NCBI GenBank assembly: GCA_017881445.1
Contig: JADGQX010000002.1
Location: forward strand, 610-64,609
Direction: 5' to 3'
From: Gemmatimonadota bacterium
Lineage (GTDB): Bacteria; Gemmatimonadota; Gemmatimonadetes; Longimicrobiales; RSA9
Length of the DNA stretch: 64,000 nt
The position numbers and the translations under genes are program-made. Every line of letters begins with the position of its first letter. Positions within the stretch are counted from its first letter, which is position 1. Below the pieces are notes generated by a model that did not search any database, was not told the DNA's origin, and saw only the letters and a list, made by a program, of their open reading frames with translations. This document shows, piece after piece, positions 17,020 through 27,600 of the stretch.

Positions 17020-18576
17020 ATGCGAAATCAAATAACGATATCGGCGGCCTTGCTGGGCCTCGTGGCCCTCACCGGCTGCCTGGATAACTCGCTGGACCTT
17101 ACCAACCCGAACCAGATTACGGCTGAGACCTTCTGGAAGACCAAGGCCGACGCGGTCAATGCCACCAACGGGCTCTACGCCAGCCTGTACTCCCGGGGGA
17201 TGTGGGGCCGCAACCGGTATGATTTCTGGGGTCGCAGCGACGTGATCATGAGCCGGAGCCCCGCAGGGAATATTCAGGCCGCCCTGCGCGGCGTCGTCAC
17301 GGACTACAACTATACCGGGTTCCTTGCCGGTATCTGGAACGATCCGTACCAGGGCATCTTCCGCGCGAACCAGGTGATCGCCAGAGTGCCGACGATGAGC
17401 CTCGATGCCGCCACGACGAGTCAGCTCGTGGCCGAGGCGAAGTTCATCCGCGCCCTGATGTATTTCCACCAGACCCTCATCTTCAAGAACATCCCCCTCA
17501 TCCTCGAGGAGGTCGACGCCAGTACCCAGCCGAAGTTCACTCCGCAGGCGGACGTCTATAAGCAGGTGATCAAGGACGCCTCCGAGGCCGCCGCGGCCCT
17601 GCCCTGGGTGTGGACCGGCGCCGACAAGGGCCGTGCCACGAAGGGCGCCGCCCTGGCGCAGGCAGCCGAAGCCAACATGATGCTGGGCAACTGGCAGGCG
17701 GCTGCGGACATGCTGCAGCAGATCGTTGATTCCGGGCAGTACCGCTTGCTGCCGAACTACGTGGACCTGTTCACGATCCCCGCGGGGGAGCAGAGCGCCG
17801 AGTCCCTCTTCGAGGTCGCGTTCGGTGACCAGAACAATTACGTCGGCGGCGCGTACGGGAACATCTGGCCACGGCTGATCGGACCCCAAACGGGGAACTG
17901 CTCGACGTGCGGCTCCCTCGGCTTCAGCGACCAGCAGCCGACCCAGTGGGCGTTCGACCTCTTCTTCCAGGATGGGTCCGGACCTTACCCGACCAACGAG
18001 GACCCTCGCCTGGATGTGAGCATCTTCTGGAACCGGCCGGGCGGCATGGACGTCTTCGGAACGGCGTTCGCTACGCGCTACGCGAAGACGGGTCCGGGTG
18101 GCATTCCCGGCTACTACGACCAGGACCTTAACCATACGTTCTTCTTCAAGAAGTACCAGGAGTATTGGTTGACTCAGCTGGCGAACTTCGCCAACCCGAT
18201 CAACTACAAGGTCTACCGGCTGGGCCAGATCTATATTATGCTCGCCGAGGCCCGGGTGGAGCTCAACCAGGTGCCTGCGGCCAAGGCGGCGGTCGACGTG
18301 GTGCGGGCGCGCGCCGGCGTCCCCCCGATGCCTGCGGGATTGAGTTCGGACAGCGCGCGGATGTACGTCAACCGCGAGGCCGCCCGCGAGCTCTTCGCGG
18401 AGGGCCACACCCGCCTCGCGTACCTGTTGCGGCACAACTGGCTCACGAAGGAGTACCTGGCGTCACGGAACCCCTTCCACGCCTCGCAATTCATTAATGG
18501 GCATAACGACTACATGCCCATCCCGCAGCCGGAGATGAACCTCAACCCGAACGCAGTGCAGAATCCCGGCTGGTAA
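17020..18576 (+). CDS. susD: SusD/RagB-family surface lipoprotein
   Basis: It lies immediately downstream of susC. The lipoprotein signal is AALLGLVALTGC. NPNQITAETFWKTKADAVNATNGLYASLY and the TPR-like body are typical of SusD. Confidence 0.9.
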   Translation: MRNQITISAALLGLVALTGCLDNSLDLTNPNQITAETFWKTKADAVNATNGLYASLYSRGMWGRNRYDFWGRSDVIMSRSPAGNIQAALRGVVTDYNYTGFLAGIWNDPYQGIFRANQVIARVPTMSLDAATTSQLVAEAKFIRALMYFHQTLIFKNIPLILEEVDASTQPKFTPQADVYKQVIKDASEAAAALPWVWTGADKGRATKGAALAQAAEANMMLGNWQAAADMLQQIVDSGQYRLLPNYVDLFTIPAGEQSAESLFEVAFGDQNNYVGGAYGNIWPRLIGPQTGNCSTCGSLGFSDQQPTQWAFDLFFQDGSGPYPTNEDPRLDVSIFWNRPGGMDVFGTAFATRYAKTGPGGIPGYYDQDLNHTFFFKKYQEYWLTQLANFANPINYKVYRLGQIYIMLAEARVELNQVPAAKAAVDVVRARAGVPPMPAGLSSDSARMYVNREAARELFAEGHTRLAYLLRHNWLTKEYLASRNPFHASQFINGHNDYMPIPQPEMNLNPNAVQNPGW

Positions 18577-18595
18577 TCGCGGGCCGGTAGAGGTT

Positions 18596-18647
18596 GGGCA
18601 GGACGTCGTCCTGCCCCGCAGGCCCCGGTGCGAGGTGCACCGGGGCC
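18596..18647 (+). terminator. two tandem GC-rich hairpins after susD
   Basis: GGGCAGGACG-T-CGTCCTGCCC occupies 18596..18616. GGCCCCGGTGC-GAGGT-GCACCGGGGCC occupies 18621..18647. They begin 20 nt after the susD stop. No U-tract is obvious. Confidence 0.5.
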
Positions 18648-18760
18648 TGCGCGCAGCAGGTGCGGGCGTGCAGGCCGCTGCTTGCCGGTGCCCACGCGCC
18701 GCGCCATTCTTCCAGTTGGCTTGGGGAACTCCCCTTCGCCTCTCGTCCATGGAGGCCGGC

Positions 18761-19171
18761 ATGAAGCGCTGGATGCGGATGGTGCCACCCGCGATGCTCA
18801 TCATGCTCGCGGCGTGCGCGAGCAACCGCCAGGCGGCCGCAGGTCATACGGACCTGAACGAGCTCTCCGGTGAGCAAATCGCTAACTTTCAGAACGCATG
18901 GCTGGCAGTGCGGACGATGCGCTCGCAGTGGTTTCTCGGACGGGCCCCGGGCGACCTGAACAATGCGGGCGGGAACGTGCGGGTGTTCCGCGACGGAATC
19001 GAAGTGGGCGGGGCGGATACGCTGCAGTCCATGCCTACCGAGGGGATCGCATACATCCGGTTCTACGACGGCATCCAGGCCTCGCAGCGGTGGGGTCTGG
19101 GCCACGCGAACGGGGTGATCTACGTCGCCAGCAAGGCCGGCTTGACTCCAGGCGGGAGCGGCCCGCCATAG
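18761..19171 (+). CDS. small lipoprotein resembling a stand-alone TonB-receptor plug segment
   Basis: GGAGG lies 5 nt before ATG 18761, and a lipobox is present (MLIMLAAC). The C-terminus EGIAYIRFYDGIQASQRWGLGHANGVIYVASKAG aligns by eye with the SusC plug block [34 protein letters not shown]. Confidence 0.6.
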   Translation: MKRWMRMVPPAMLIMLAACASNRQAAAGHTDLNELSGEQIANFQNAWLAVRTMRSQWFLGRAPGDLNNAGGNVRVFRDGIEVGGADTLQSMPTEGIAYIRFYDGIQASQRWGLGHANGVIYVASKAGLTPGGSGPP

Positions 19172-19551
19172 CTCGGAGCTCCTCCCGGCCCACTCGCCCG
19201 GGGAACGGCGGCCCACTATGGCCGTCCCCCGGTGTCCGTCCCACGCCGTGGCCCCCCTGCCAGCCTCTGCCCGAGGCCCGCGCAAGGTCTATCTGCAGGC
19301 CGAGCTGAAGATCCCGGAGACCACCGCCCCGCCTTGCGGGAAGCCATCATCTCCCGGGCCCGTGGCCCGCACGGGCTGAGCGCGAAGGAGCAGTTCTCTC
19401 GGCGAGGAGATTGCCCCCCCTCCCTTCGTCAGCGCACCGCGGTCTGAGCCACCGAGCAGGAACGCGCCGGCAGCTCGAACGTCATTTTGCGGGCGGGGGC
19501 AGGTGCGTTGTTCGTGGCGTCTCGCTGCGGGTTGAGGACCCGCGGTACTCG

Positions 19552-20709
19552 TCAGGGCCGACCGATCCGGCGGTGCCAGTCTTCGGCGAACAGGTCGAAG
19601 TGCAATTCCTTCATGGGGTGCTCACGAATGAAGTCCTCGTTGAGCCCCACGCCCAGACCGGGGCCGCCCGGGATCGGAAAATACCCGTCTTTGACCTCCG
19701 GGTATCCCGGTCCGGATGCCGCCTCCTTTACCCAGGAATCCACGAAGTCGTTGAAGTGCTCCTGGATCGTGAAGTTCGTCGTGCAGGCGGCCAGGTGCAA
19801 ACACGCCGCGGTGCTGAGGGGACCGCCGACGTTGTGCGGTGCGAAGGTCACGTACTGGGCGTCGGCCATGGCCGCGATCTTCTTTCCCTCCAGGAGTCCG
19901 CACGACTGCGTGATGTCCGTCTGCAGGATGTCCACACATCCCAGCTCGAGCAGATGCTTGACCTCGTAGCGCGTATGCACACGCTCGCCCGTGGCCACCG
20001 GGATGTCGATCTTGGCCGCCACCTTCGCGAGCATCTCGGCGTTGTCCGGCGGGACGGGCTCCTCGACCCACGCCGGTCGGAACGGTTTCAGCTCATGAGC
20101 CATCTCGATGGCCGTCGCGGGGCTGAATCGGCCGTGCATCTCCACCAGGATCTCCACGTCGGGCCCTACCGCGTCGCGCACGGCTTCCACGAGAGAGATC
20201 GCCAGCCTCTTCTGCTTCGGCTCCAGCTCGTAGAATCCAGCCCCGAACGGGTCCAGCTTGAGCGCGAGGTACCCGCGATCGACCACGCGCCGTGCTGCAA
20301 CGTGGAACTCCTGTGGAGTCCGCTCCACGGTGTACCACCCGTTGGCGTACGCCTTGATCCGGTCCCGCACGGCACCGCCGAGCAGGCGGTACACGGGTTG
20401 GTCGAGGGCCTTGCCCACGAGGTCCCAGCACGCGATCTCGACCAGAGCGATGCCCATGCCGGCGATGTCGGCGACACGGGCGAAGTCTCCGACGAACATG
20501 CGGTGCACGAGCTTCTCGATCTCCATGGGATCGGAGCCCAGCACGTACTTCCCCTTGGCGGCGGCGAGATACGCCAGCACCGCCTCGGTACGGTTCACAC
20601 TGCGAGCCTCGGACACGCCCACCAGTCCTTCGTCCGTTTCCAGCTTCACGAACACGAGGTTGCGCCAGGGGGTCCCGAGAACAAGCGGAGTCAGGTCAGT
20701 GATGATCAT
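19552..20709 (-). CDS. enolase-superfamily (mandelate racemase / galactonate dehydratase-like) sugar-acid dehydratase
   Basis: The 385-aa protein carries VKLETDEGLVGVSEA, IACWDLVGKALDQPVYRLLGG, LKLDPFG, VEMHGRF, WVEEPVPPDN, ATGERV and HNVGGPLSTAA, which are MR/MLE family blocks. Confidence 0.85.
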   Translation of the reverse strand: MIITDLTPLVLGTPWRNLVFVKLETDEGLVGVSEARSVNRTEAVLAYLAAAKGKYVLGSDPMEIEKLVHRMFVGDFARVADIAGMGIALVEIACWDLVGKALDQPVYRLLGGAVRDRIKAYANGWYTVERTPQEFHVAARRVVDRGYLALKLDPFGAGFYELEPKQKRLAISLVEAVRDAVGPDVEILVEMHGRFSPATAIEMAHELKPFRPAWVEEPVPPDNAEMLAKVAAKIDIPVATGERVHTRYEVKHLLELGCVDILQTDITQSCGLLEGKKIAAMADAQYVTFAPHNVGGPLSTAACLHLAACTTNFTIQEHFNDFVDSWVKEAASGPGYPEVKDGYFPIPGGPGLGVGLNEDFIREHPMKELHFDLFAEDWHRRIGRP

Positions 20710-20742
20710 CGGCTTCTCTGAAGGAGTCGGCGCCCAACGCCA

Positions 20743-21753
20743 TCACAGCTCGCGGGCGGCGAAATAGCCGCCCTCCGGCGCCTGAGCGAGTCGGTTGCGC
20801 AGTGGGAGCACGAACGCATCGGCCTCGATCTCGAACACATCCCCGGGCCGACAGCGGACGCCATCTTGAAAGCTCAATGTCGCGGTCCCGTAGAGATGGA
20901 CGTGCGCGTCACCGGGCTGGCGAAACAGATCGTACTTGAAGTGGTGGTGCTCCAGGTTGGCGAGGGTGTGTGACATGTTCTCCTCGCCGGTGAGAAACTC
21001 CTTCTCCCAGATCACCGATCCGTCCCGGCGGATGCGGCTTGTGCCACGCACGCTCGGCGGCAAGGGGCCGACCAGCATCTCCGGCCCGACGGCGCACGGT
21101 CGGAGCTTGGAGTGGGCCAGGAGCAGGTAGTTCGTCTTCTCCAGAACGTGATCCGCGAATTCGTTCGCGAGCGCGAATCCGACGCGCCACGGAGTCCCGT
21201 CCGGCGCGACGACGTAAAGACCGGCCACTTCGGGCTCCTCTCCGCCATCCAGCGCGAAGGCCGGCATCGTCAGCGGCCTCTCACTGGCCACGACCGAGCC
21301 CCCGAGGCCCTTGAAGAACCACTCCGGCTGCTCGCCCACCTCTCCCGGGGCGGGCCGCCCGCCCTGCACTCCCGAGCGGAACATCCGCATGCTGTCCGTC
21401 ATGTCTTCCGGCTTCATGGCATGCATGCGGTTGCGCGCGTCCGCGCTCCCCAGGTGGGTCAGGCCGGTGCCGCTCACGACGAGATGGGAGGGATCGGGGT
21501 GATCCAGAGGAGGCAGTAGGCGCTCCTCGGCCGCGATCTCGTGCAGCGTGACGACCTCTCCCACCGGACGGGCGGAGACGGCCTCGCCCAGGCTCGTGCC
21601 GAGCCGGATCGCCTCAGCAGCCATGGCGTAGATCGTCGCCTCTCCATCCAGGAGCTGAACGTGGTCACGATCCAGGACCCGGGCGACCCGTCGGAGCCCC
21701 CGTTCGTCCAGGAGTTGTGTCAGGCGGAGAGGGCCAGAGGTGGTTTCTAACAT
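20743..21753 (-). CDS. FAH-family (GguC/2-keto-3-deoxy-pentonate dehydratase-like) protein
   Basis: The 336-aa protein has EWFFKG and an FAH-type C-terminus, CRPGDVFEIEADAFVLPLRNRL. It sits directly upstream of the enolase-superfamily gene on the same strand. The exact activity is not assigned. Confidence 0.7.
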   Translation of the reverse strand: MLETTSGPLRLTQLLDERGLRRVARVLDRDHVQLLDGEATIYAMAAEAIRLGTSLGEAVSARPVGEVVTLHEIAAEERLLPPLDHPDPSHLVVSGTGLTHLGSADARNRMHAMKPEDMTDSMRMFRSGVQGGRPAPGEVGEQPEWFFKGLGGSVVASERPLTMPAFALDGGEEPEVAGLYVVAPDGTPWRVGFALANEFADHVLEKTNYLLLAHSKLRPCAVGPEMLVGPLPPSVRGTSRIRRDGSVIWEKEFLTGEENMSHTLANLEHHHFKYDLFRQPGDAHVHLYGTATLSFQDGVRCRPGDVFEIEADAFVLPLRNRLAQAPEGGYFAAREL

Positions 21754-22246
21754 GCGCGGACGGGTTTCGAGTCAGTGAAGAGGCAGGACCACGCACAGCA
21801 CGATGGTGGCGACATCGCGGCGATGCCACCTACGGCGAGCAGCGGTGTGTAGGTCTTGAGCGGCTCGACCTCGCTGAGGCCGCTCATGCGGGCGAAGACC
21901 CAGAAGCCGCTGTCGTTCATGCACGCTCCGACCGTGCCGCCACTGGCCACCGCGGTGGCCACGTATGCACGGTAGAAGGGAAGCGCCACCGCCCGCCGAG
22001 CAAGATGATCACCTGGGTGCTCATGAGCGACTCCTCGACCAGCGTGGCCGACGCGGCTCGCGTCGGTCGACGGCTTCGCTGGTAGACCACCAGAAGGATG
22101 AGGATCGGGTGCATGGGCATAGGTATGAAGATGACAGCGGTACAGTTTGGATCGTTGGCAGCCTCGGCGCAAGCCGAAGGCCCGTGCCGCCCCGGGTATC
22201 CGGGTCCTAGGCTGGCCTGCGTCCCCCTCGATGTCGGGTCCCTCAT
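21747..22246 (-). pseudogene. GntP-family sugar-acid permease remnant (5-prime truncated, frameshifted, internally deleted)
   Basis: The C-terminal block ATAVASGGTVGACMNDSGFWVFARMSGLSEVEPLKTYTPLLAVGGIAAMS matches the GntP tail. Upstream, TLVEESLMSTQVIILLGG and VIFIPMPMHPILILLVVYQ lie in a different frame. Only about 160 of the expected ~450 codons remain. The stop overlaps the start of the FAH-family gene. Confidence 0.6.
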
Positions 22247-22514
22247 TCATGGAGGCGTCGGCATGAGGTCGGTGGTGGTGGAGTCGAGGGCGTGGACCGT
22301 CTGCTCGAGTTCCACGGCCAGCGGTTCGTCGGCGTAGAGCCGCCGGGCCTCGAGGACGAGCAGTTGAGCGAACGAGGCGTACACGCGTCGCGTCGCCCAG
22401 GTAGCTGAAGCGGCGCCGCCGCTCCGCTCCGCGGTACTGGTCCACGCAGCGATTGAACGCCGCATCAGGGGCGTAGGCCATCAGTTGGGAAAGGACCGTG
22501 GACCCGGCGTTCAT
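22247..22514 (-). mobile_element. IS4-type DDE transposase remnant (DUF4372-like N-terminus), internally deleted and 3-prime truncated
   Basis: MNAGSTVLSQLMAYAPDAAFNRCVDQYRGAERRRRFSY resembles the MNTGKT.FAQLM....F.R.V.RY.G start of IS4-family transposases. In another frame, RRVYASFAQLLVLEARRLYADEPLAVELEQTVHALDSTTTDL matches the ..YA.FAQ.L...AR.LY....L.....VYALDSTTIDL block. No DDE core or inverted repeats were identified. Confidence 0.55.
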
Positions 22515-22774
22515 CGTCGCTCGGTCGCGCGAGGTGCGCGATGGATGCGCCCGGTTTGGCCGAGGTCAAATCGTTTTCCAGGAGAAGGCCGGCCGGGCGC
22601 TACTTAGCACTTGTTTTTGACCGTTGCACTGGTTCAATCATCAAATTCAATCGTCTTGTCGGTTTGGGCCTTGAGGGCCATATTTGACGGGCGGGCACAC
22701 CGGAAGGAGTTGACCCCGCTCGATCGAGCCTTGGAGCGCCCGCCAACCTGCTCCCTTCCCTTGCGAGGCGTCGT

Positions 22775-24442
22775 ATGAAATACGGGATGATCCTGACGGC
22801 GGGAGTCGCTGTGCTCACGGGAGTTGCAGTGCTCACAGGGGATTGCGCCGCCCAAGCGAAAGCGCCGCACCCGGGTCCGATCCAGGCGGGAGAGAAGGTC
22901 GCGGTGGTTTCGACGCAGTACGGCGCCGTTCGTGGGTACATCGATGACGGCATCTACGCCTTCAAAGGCATTCCGTACGCGAAGGCGGATCGGTTCATGC
23001 CGCCCCAGCCACCGGACCCGTGGAAGGAGGTCATGCAGACCACGCTGTACGGGCCGCAGGTGATGCAGAGGACGGCACAGGACTGGACCGGGCAGAGCGA
23101 CGCGAATTTCGGGTTCCAGTTCAGCCGCGAGCCGATGGACGAGCACGCGAGCCTGGTGCTGAACGTCTGGACGAAGGGCATCAACGACGGCCGCCAACGT
23201 CCCGTGTGGGTTTGGATCCACGGTGGCGGTTATTCGGCCGGATCGGCGAATCAGCTTCCGTTCTTCGACGGGCGGGCGTTGGCCAACAAGGGCGACATCG
23301 TCGTGGTGACGGTCAATCACCGGCTCAACGTCCTCGGCTACGTCGACCTGAGAGGCCTGGGCGGCAAGTACTCCGAATCGGTGAATCTGGGTCAGCAGGA
23401 CCTGGTGGCGGCCCTGAAGTGGGTACACGAGAACATCAAGAACTTCGGAGGCGACCCCAGCCACGTCACCATCGACGGGCAGTCGGGAGGTGGCGGCAAG
23501 GTCTCCACGCTGACAGCCATGCCTTCCGCGGCCGGCCTGTTCCAGCGGGCCATCGTTCAGAGCGGCTCCACGCTCAGGGTCGGCAACAGTGAGGACAGCA
23601 AGGCCTACGGCCTCGCGTTCGCCAGGGCGCTCGGCGTCGCTCCCGAGAACACCCAGAAGTTGAACGACTTCACGTACGACGAGCTGGTAGCGGCCAGCCG
23701 GAAGGCCTCAGAGAGCCTCAGGCAAGCCGGAGCCCCGCCCACGGGTATGGGCGGCATGGGCCCGACGGTGGACGGGAAGTACATCGTACAGAACCCCTTC
23801 GATCCGACGCCGGCCGACTTCTCGAAGAACGTCGCGATGATGATCGGTTCCAACCTGCACGAGTTCGCATATACCAACCGCCAGATCATCACGCCGCAAA
23901 CGATGGATCAGGTGAAGGCGACCCTCACGCAGCGGTACGGGGCCGAGAACGCGGAGAAGTACATCAAGGCATACCAGCAGGCATATCCCAACGACCACCA
24001 GCCTCAGCATATCCTGATGACCAACGTCCGCACCAACCCGCTCAAGCAGGCGGCCGTGAAGAGCGCCCAGGGCGGAGCGCCCGTCTACGTGTACCTGTTC
24101 GAGTGGCAGTCGCCGGTCAACGACGGCAGCCTCGGCGCGGCGCACGGCATGGAGCTTCCCTTCATGTTCAACAACATCGCCATGGCCCGCACGTTGACGG
24201 GCGGCGGTGAAGAGGCCTACGCGCTCGCCGACAAGATCAGCTCCTACTGGATCAACTTCGTGAAGACCGGCAATCCGAACGGTGCAGGCCTGCCGAACTG
24301 GCCGGCGTACACGGCCGCGAACGGATCCACCCTGAGCTTCGACAACCAGGTTCAGGTCAAGAACCATCACGATCAGGCTCTGGTCGATCTTGGCGCCTCA
24401 CTTCCCCCGGTCCAGAGGCTGCCTACTGCAGCGGCAAGGTAG
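22775..24442 (+). CDS. type-B carboxylesterase (para-nitrobenzyl-esterase-like), secreted
   Basis: Blocks are FKGIPYAKADRFMPPQP, VWVWIHGGGYSAGSA and the nucleophile elbow IDGQSGGGGKV, with a C-terminal NFVKTGNPNG. A signal peptide is present. Confidence 0.9.
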   Translation: MKYGMILTAGVAVLTGVAVLTGDCAAQAKAPHPGPIQAGEKVAVVSTQYGAVRGYIDDGIYAFKGIPYAKADRFMPPQPPDPWKEVMQTTLYGPQVMQRTAQDWTGQSDANFGFQFSREPMDEHASLVLNVWTKGINDGRQRPVWVWIHGGGYSAGSANQLPFFDGRALANKGDIVVVTVNHRLNVLGYVDLRGLGGKYSESVNLGQQDLVAALKWVHENIKNFGGDPSHVTIDGQSGGGGKVSTLTAMPSAAGLFQRAIVQSGSTLRVGNSEDSKAYGLAFARALGVAPENTQKLNDFTYDELVAASRKASESLRQAGAPPTGMGGMGPTVDGKYIVQNPFDPTPADFSKNVAMMIGSNLHEFAYTNRQIITPQTMDQVKATLTQRYGAENAEKYIKAYQQAYPNDHQPQHILMTNVRTNPLKQAAVKSAQGGAPVYVYLFEWQSPVNDGSLGAAHGMELPFMFNNIAMARTLTGGGEEAYALADKISSYWINFVKTGNPNGAGLPNWPAYTAANGSTLSFDNQVQVKNHHDQALVDLGASLPPVQRLPTAAAR

Positions 24443-24632
24443 AGGCGGCCGCCCGTGCTGCGCGGCCGCGCCACTCGTGACGGCAGCCAGGCCCCGGCCC
24501 GCGAGGGCTGGACCGTCGCGCGCGCTACCCGGGTTGAGCCGCGCGCGAAATTGTCGAGGCGAGCTGCCGCCACACCCGATAAGAACTCCGCGGCCGTGAT
24601 CGAGCCACGGAGAAACTGACCCAGGGACGAAC

Positions 24633-27600
24633 ATGAGAAAGGGAATCGGCCGGGCTGCGCTGCTCGCGTTCATGCTTGCACTGCCTGTCGTGGCGGCAGC
24701 ACAGAGCGCCAGGGGAGGCACTGCCCGGCCCCGGCCCGAGGGCCCGTGCGATATCTACGCCGCCGCGGGCACGCCGTGCGTAGCGGCCCACAGCAGCACG
24801 CGCGCGCTGCTGGCCTCCTACAACGGGCCGCTTTACAAGGTGATGCGCCAGTCGGACGGCCGGACGCTGGACGTCGGCGTGGCGCAGCCCATCGCCTCGC
24901 CGGTGCCAGATGCGGGCGGCTACGCGGATGCCGCGGCGCAGGACCGGTTCTGCGCCGGTACCTACTGCTGGATCACGACCCTCTACGACCAGTCCGGGAA
25001 AGGGAACCACCTGGTGCAGGCGCCGCGCGGCGCGTTCATCGGTTCGGCCATGGGCGGGTTCAACACTCTGCCGATCGCCGACATGGCCCCGGTCACGCTC
25101 ATGGGCAGGAAGGTTTACGGGACCTTCATCGCGCCGGGCATGGGGCTCCGCTGGAACGACCCGCGGGGCACGGCGGTCGACGACCAGGCGGAGGGGCAGT
25201 ACTGGGTGATCAACGGCCAGCACTACAACTCCGGCTGCTGCTTCGACTACGGCAACGCCGAGACGGACAGCCGCGATGATGGCGATGGCACCATGGAGAC
25301 CACCTACTACGGCAATGCCACGTTGTGGTACTACGGAACCCGCCGGGGCCCGTGGGTCATGACCGACCAGGAGAACAACCTGGTGGGTTGCGTCAACGAG
25401 TCGCCGAATGACAAGCACTGCCCGGACCTGCCGACCATCACCTGGCGCTTCGTCACCGCTACGGCCGATGGCGAGCCACACCACTGGCGCACGCTGGCCG
25501 GCGACGCGCAGCGGGGCGAGCTGCAGGTCATGTTCGACGGCCCGCGCATAAAGAACGACCGGAGCAGCTACGACCCGATGCGCAAGCAGGGGGCGATCGT
25601 ACTGGGCAACGGCGGGGACAACAACAACTACTCGCAGGGCACCTTCTATGAAGGGGCCATGACGGCGCCGGGCACCTTCCCGAGCATGGATACGTACCGG
25701 AAGATCCAGGCGAACATCGTGGCCGCGCGCTACGACGTTCCGCGGCTCGTTCTGGCGCCCGCCTCGGCAGTCGATGCACCCCCCGGGCTGCAGACGTTCT
25801 CGCCAGGCTCGTCGCGTAGCAGCACCCTCACCTTCACGAACACCACCGGGGCGCCTGCGAGCAACGTGAAGCTGAGTCTTACCGTGCCGGCCGGGTGGCG
25901 CTCGGTGGCGGCGGGCTCGACGGACACGTTCGCCAGCGTGGCGGCGGGCGGTAGCGTGAGCGTCACCTTCAAGGTGACCTCGGGGCCGACCGCCTTCAAC
26001 GGCGACCTGGTCGGCAACGCCTCCTGGACCAGCTCGGGGCGCCCGCAGTCCGAGGTGGCCGCGCAGAAGGTGCGCAACGTCAGTCCGGTCAAGCTCAACG
26101 AGTTCCGGGTCAGTGCCGGCGCTAACACCACGGACTCTTTCATCGAGCTGTACAACGCCGGCAACGCGCCCATCGACATGTCCGGCTGGACCCTGACGCA
26201 GCACCAGACGCAGTTGCCCAGCTTCTCGGCCGTGCGGATCCCGGCCGCGACGCGGCTCGCGCCGCATGGCTTCTACCTGCTCGGCCTCTCCACCTCCGGG
26301 CTGGCAGTCCCCGCCCGTCGCGGTGATGCGACCATTTACGTCCGGAGCACGAAAGGCATGTCCGTGGGCGGTGAGCTCCAGATCGGCACCGGATCGGCCC
26401 TTGAGACTCGCCGGATTGTGAGCGTCGGCACGGCAGCGGGGCTGCCTGCCGCGACGGGCGGAGGTTTCGGTTTCAATCGCGCGTACACGGCGGGTGGTCC
26501 GACGACCCTGTGGCAGCCGCTTCCGGACGGGCCGGTGATCACGATTCCCGCTGGCTCGACCAACGTGCCGGTCGCCAGTGTAGCGGGCTTCGAGGTGGGC
26601 CAGAAGATGGCCATCGGCCATGGTGCGACCTATCCGGCGGTCGGGAGCGGGATCGAGAAGTACGAGGTGGTCACGGTGACGGGAGTCGGCAAGCCGGGCA
26701 CGCAGGCCTGGCTCTCCCGGGAAGCGAGGAAGGGCGACACCAATATCAAGGTGTCGTCCACCGCCGATATCTCGGTCGGTGACAGGATCCGGCTGGATAT
26801 CGACAGCAAGGGGCACGGGATCGAGTGGGTCACCGTGACGCGCGTCGGCACGCCGTCGGTCCGCAACACCGTTTTCGGGGGTCCGTTGCGCGAGGGTGAG
26901 GATCCCGGCACGGGCCTCGATCTGGCCGAACCGCTCAAGTTCGAGCACGCGCCCAACATGCCTTTCAGCGTGCGCGGGACGGGTATCGGCTTCACGCCCG
27001 CGACGCGCTTCGCGCACTCGAGCAACGAGCCGGTGCTGCCGCTTGGCACCGGGATCACCATGGACCAGCCGCTCTCCAGGGATTACCCGATCGACGCGGT
27101 CGTGCGTGACCCCAACGTCAGCGTGGCCGGCTACCAGGGAGCGCAGGCGCCCAACCAGTGGTTCGGCGGACCCGCGCTCAGCCCAAGCGCCGGCAACATG
27201 GTTCTGCGCGATGCCCCCGGTAATGTTGTCGAAAGCCTGAACTACGGTGCCCTGGTCGAGCCCTGGGCTGCGGAGGGCTACCAGGGCACGTCCGGAGCAG
27301 GGTACCAGAGCGGCTGCAGTGTGGGCTCGCCTGGCACGCCGCCGGCGCGGCCCGGCTTCGGCGCCGCGGCTCCTCCGGCCGACGTCCCCAACCGGAGCGC
27401 CGGCCGCTTACCGGACGGCCAGGACACTGACAGCAACTGCAACAATTTCCAGCTGCAGGCAGTCGCCAACCTCGCGGCAGCTGCAGTCCCAGGCAGCGAC
27501 AACCTCAAGGTGGGCAGCGTGGACGGACTTGCCGCCGGGCAGAGGATCATGATCGGCAGCGCCGCCGACGTGGAGACGGCCGTGATTGCCGCGGTAGGCA

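Noticed and set aside
24525-27017. An 830-aa reverse-strand ORF
   Set aside because: It is an antisense shadow of the GH54 gene, Arg/Pro/Gly-rich, with no domain signal.
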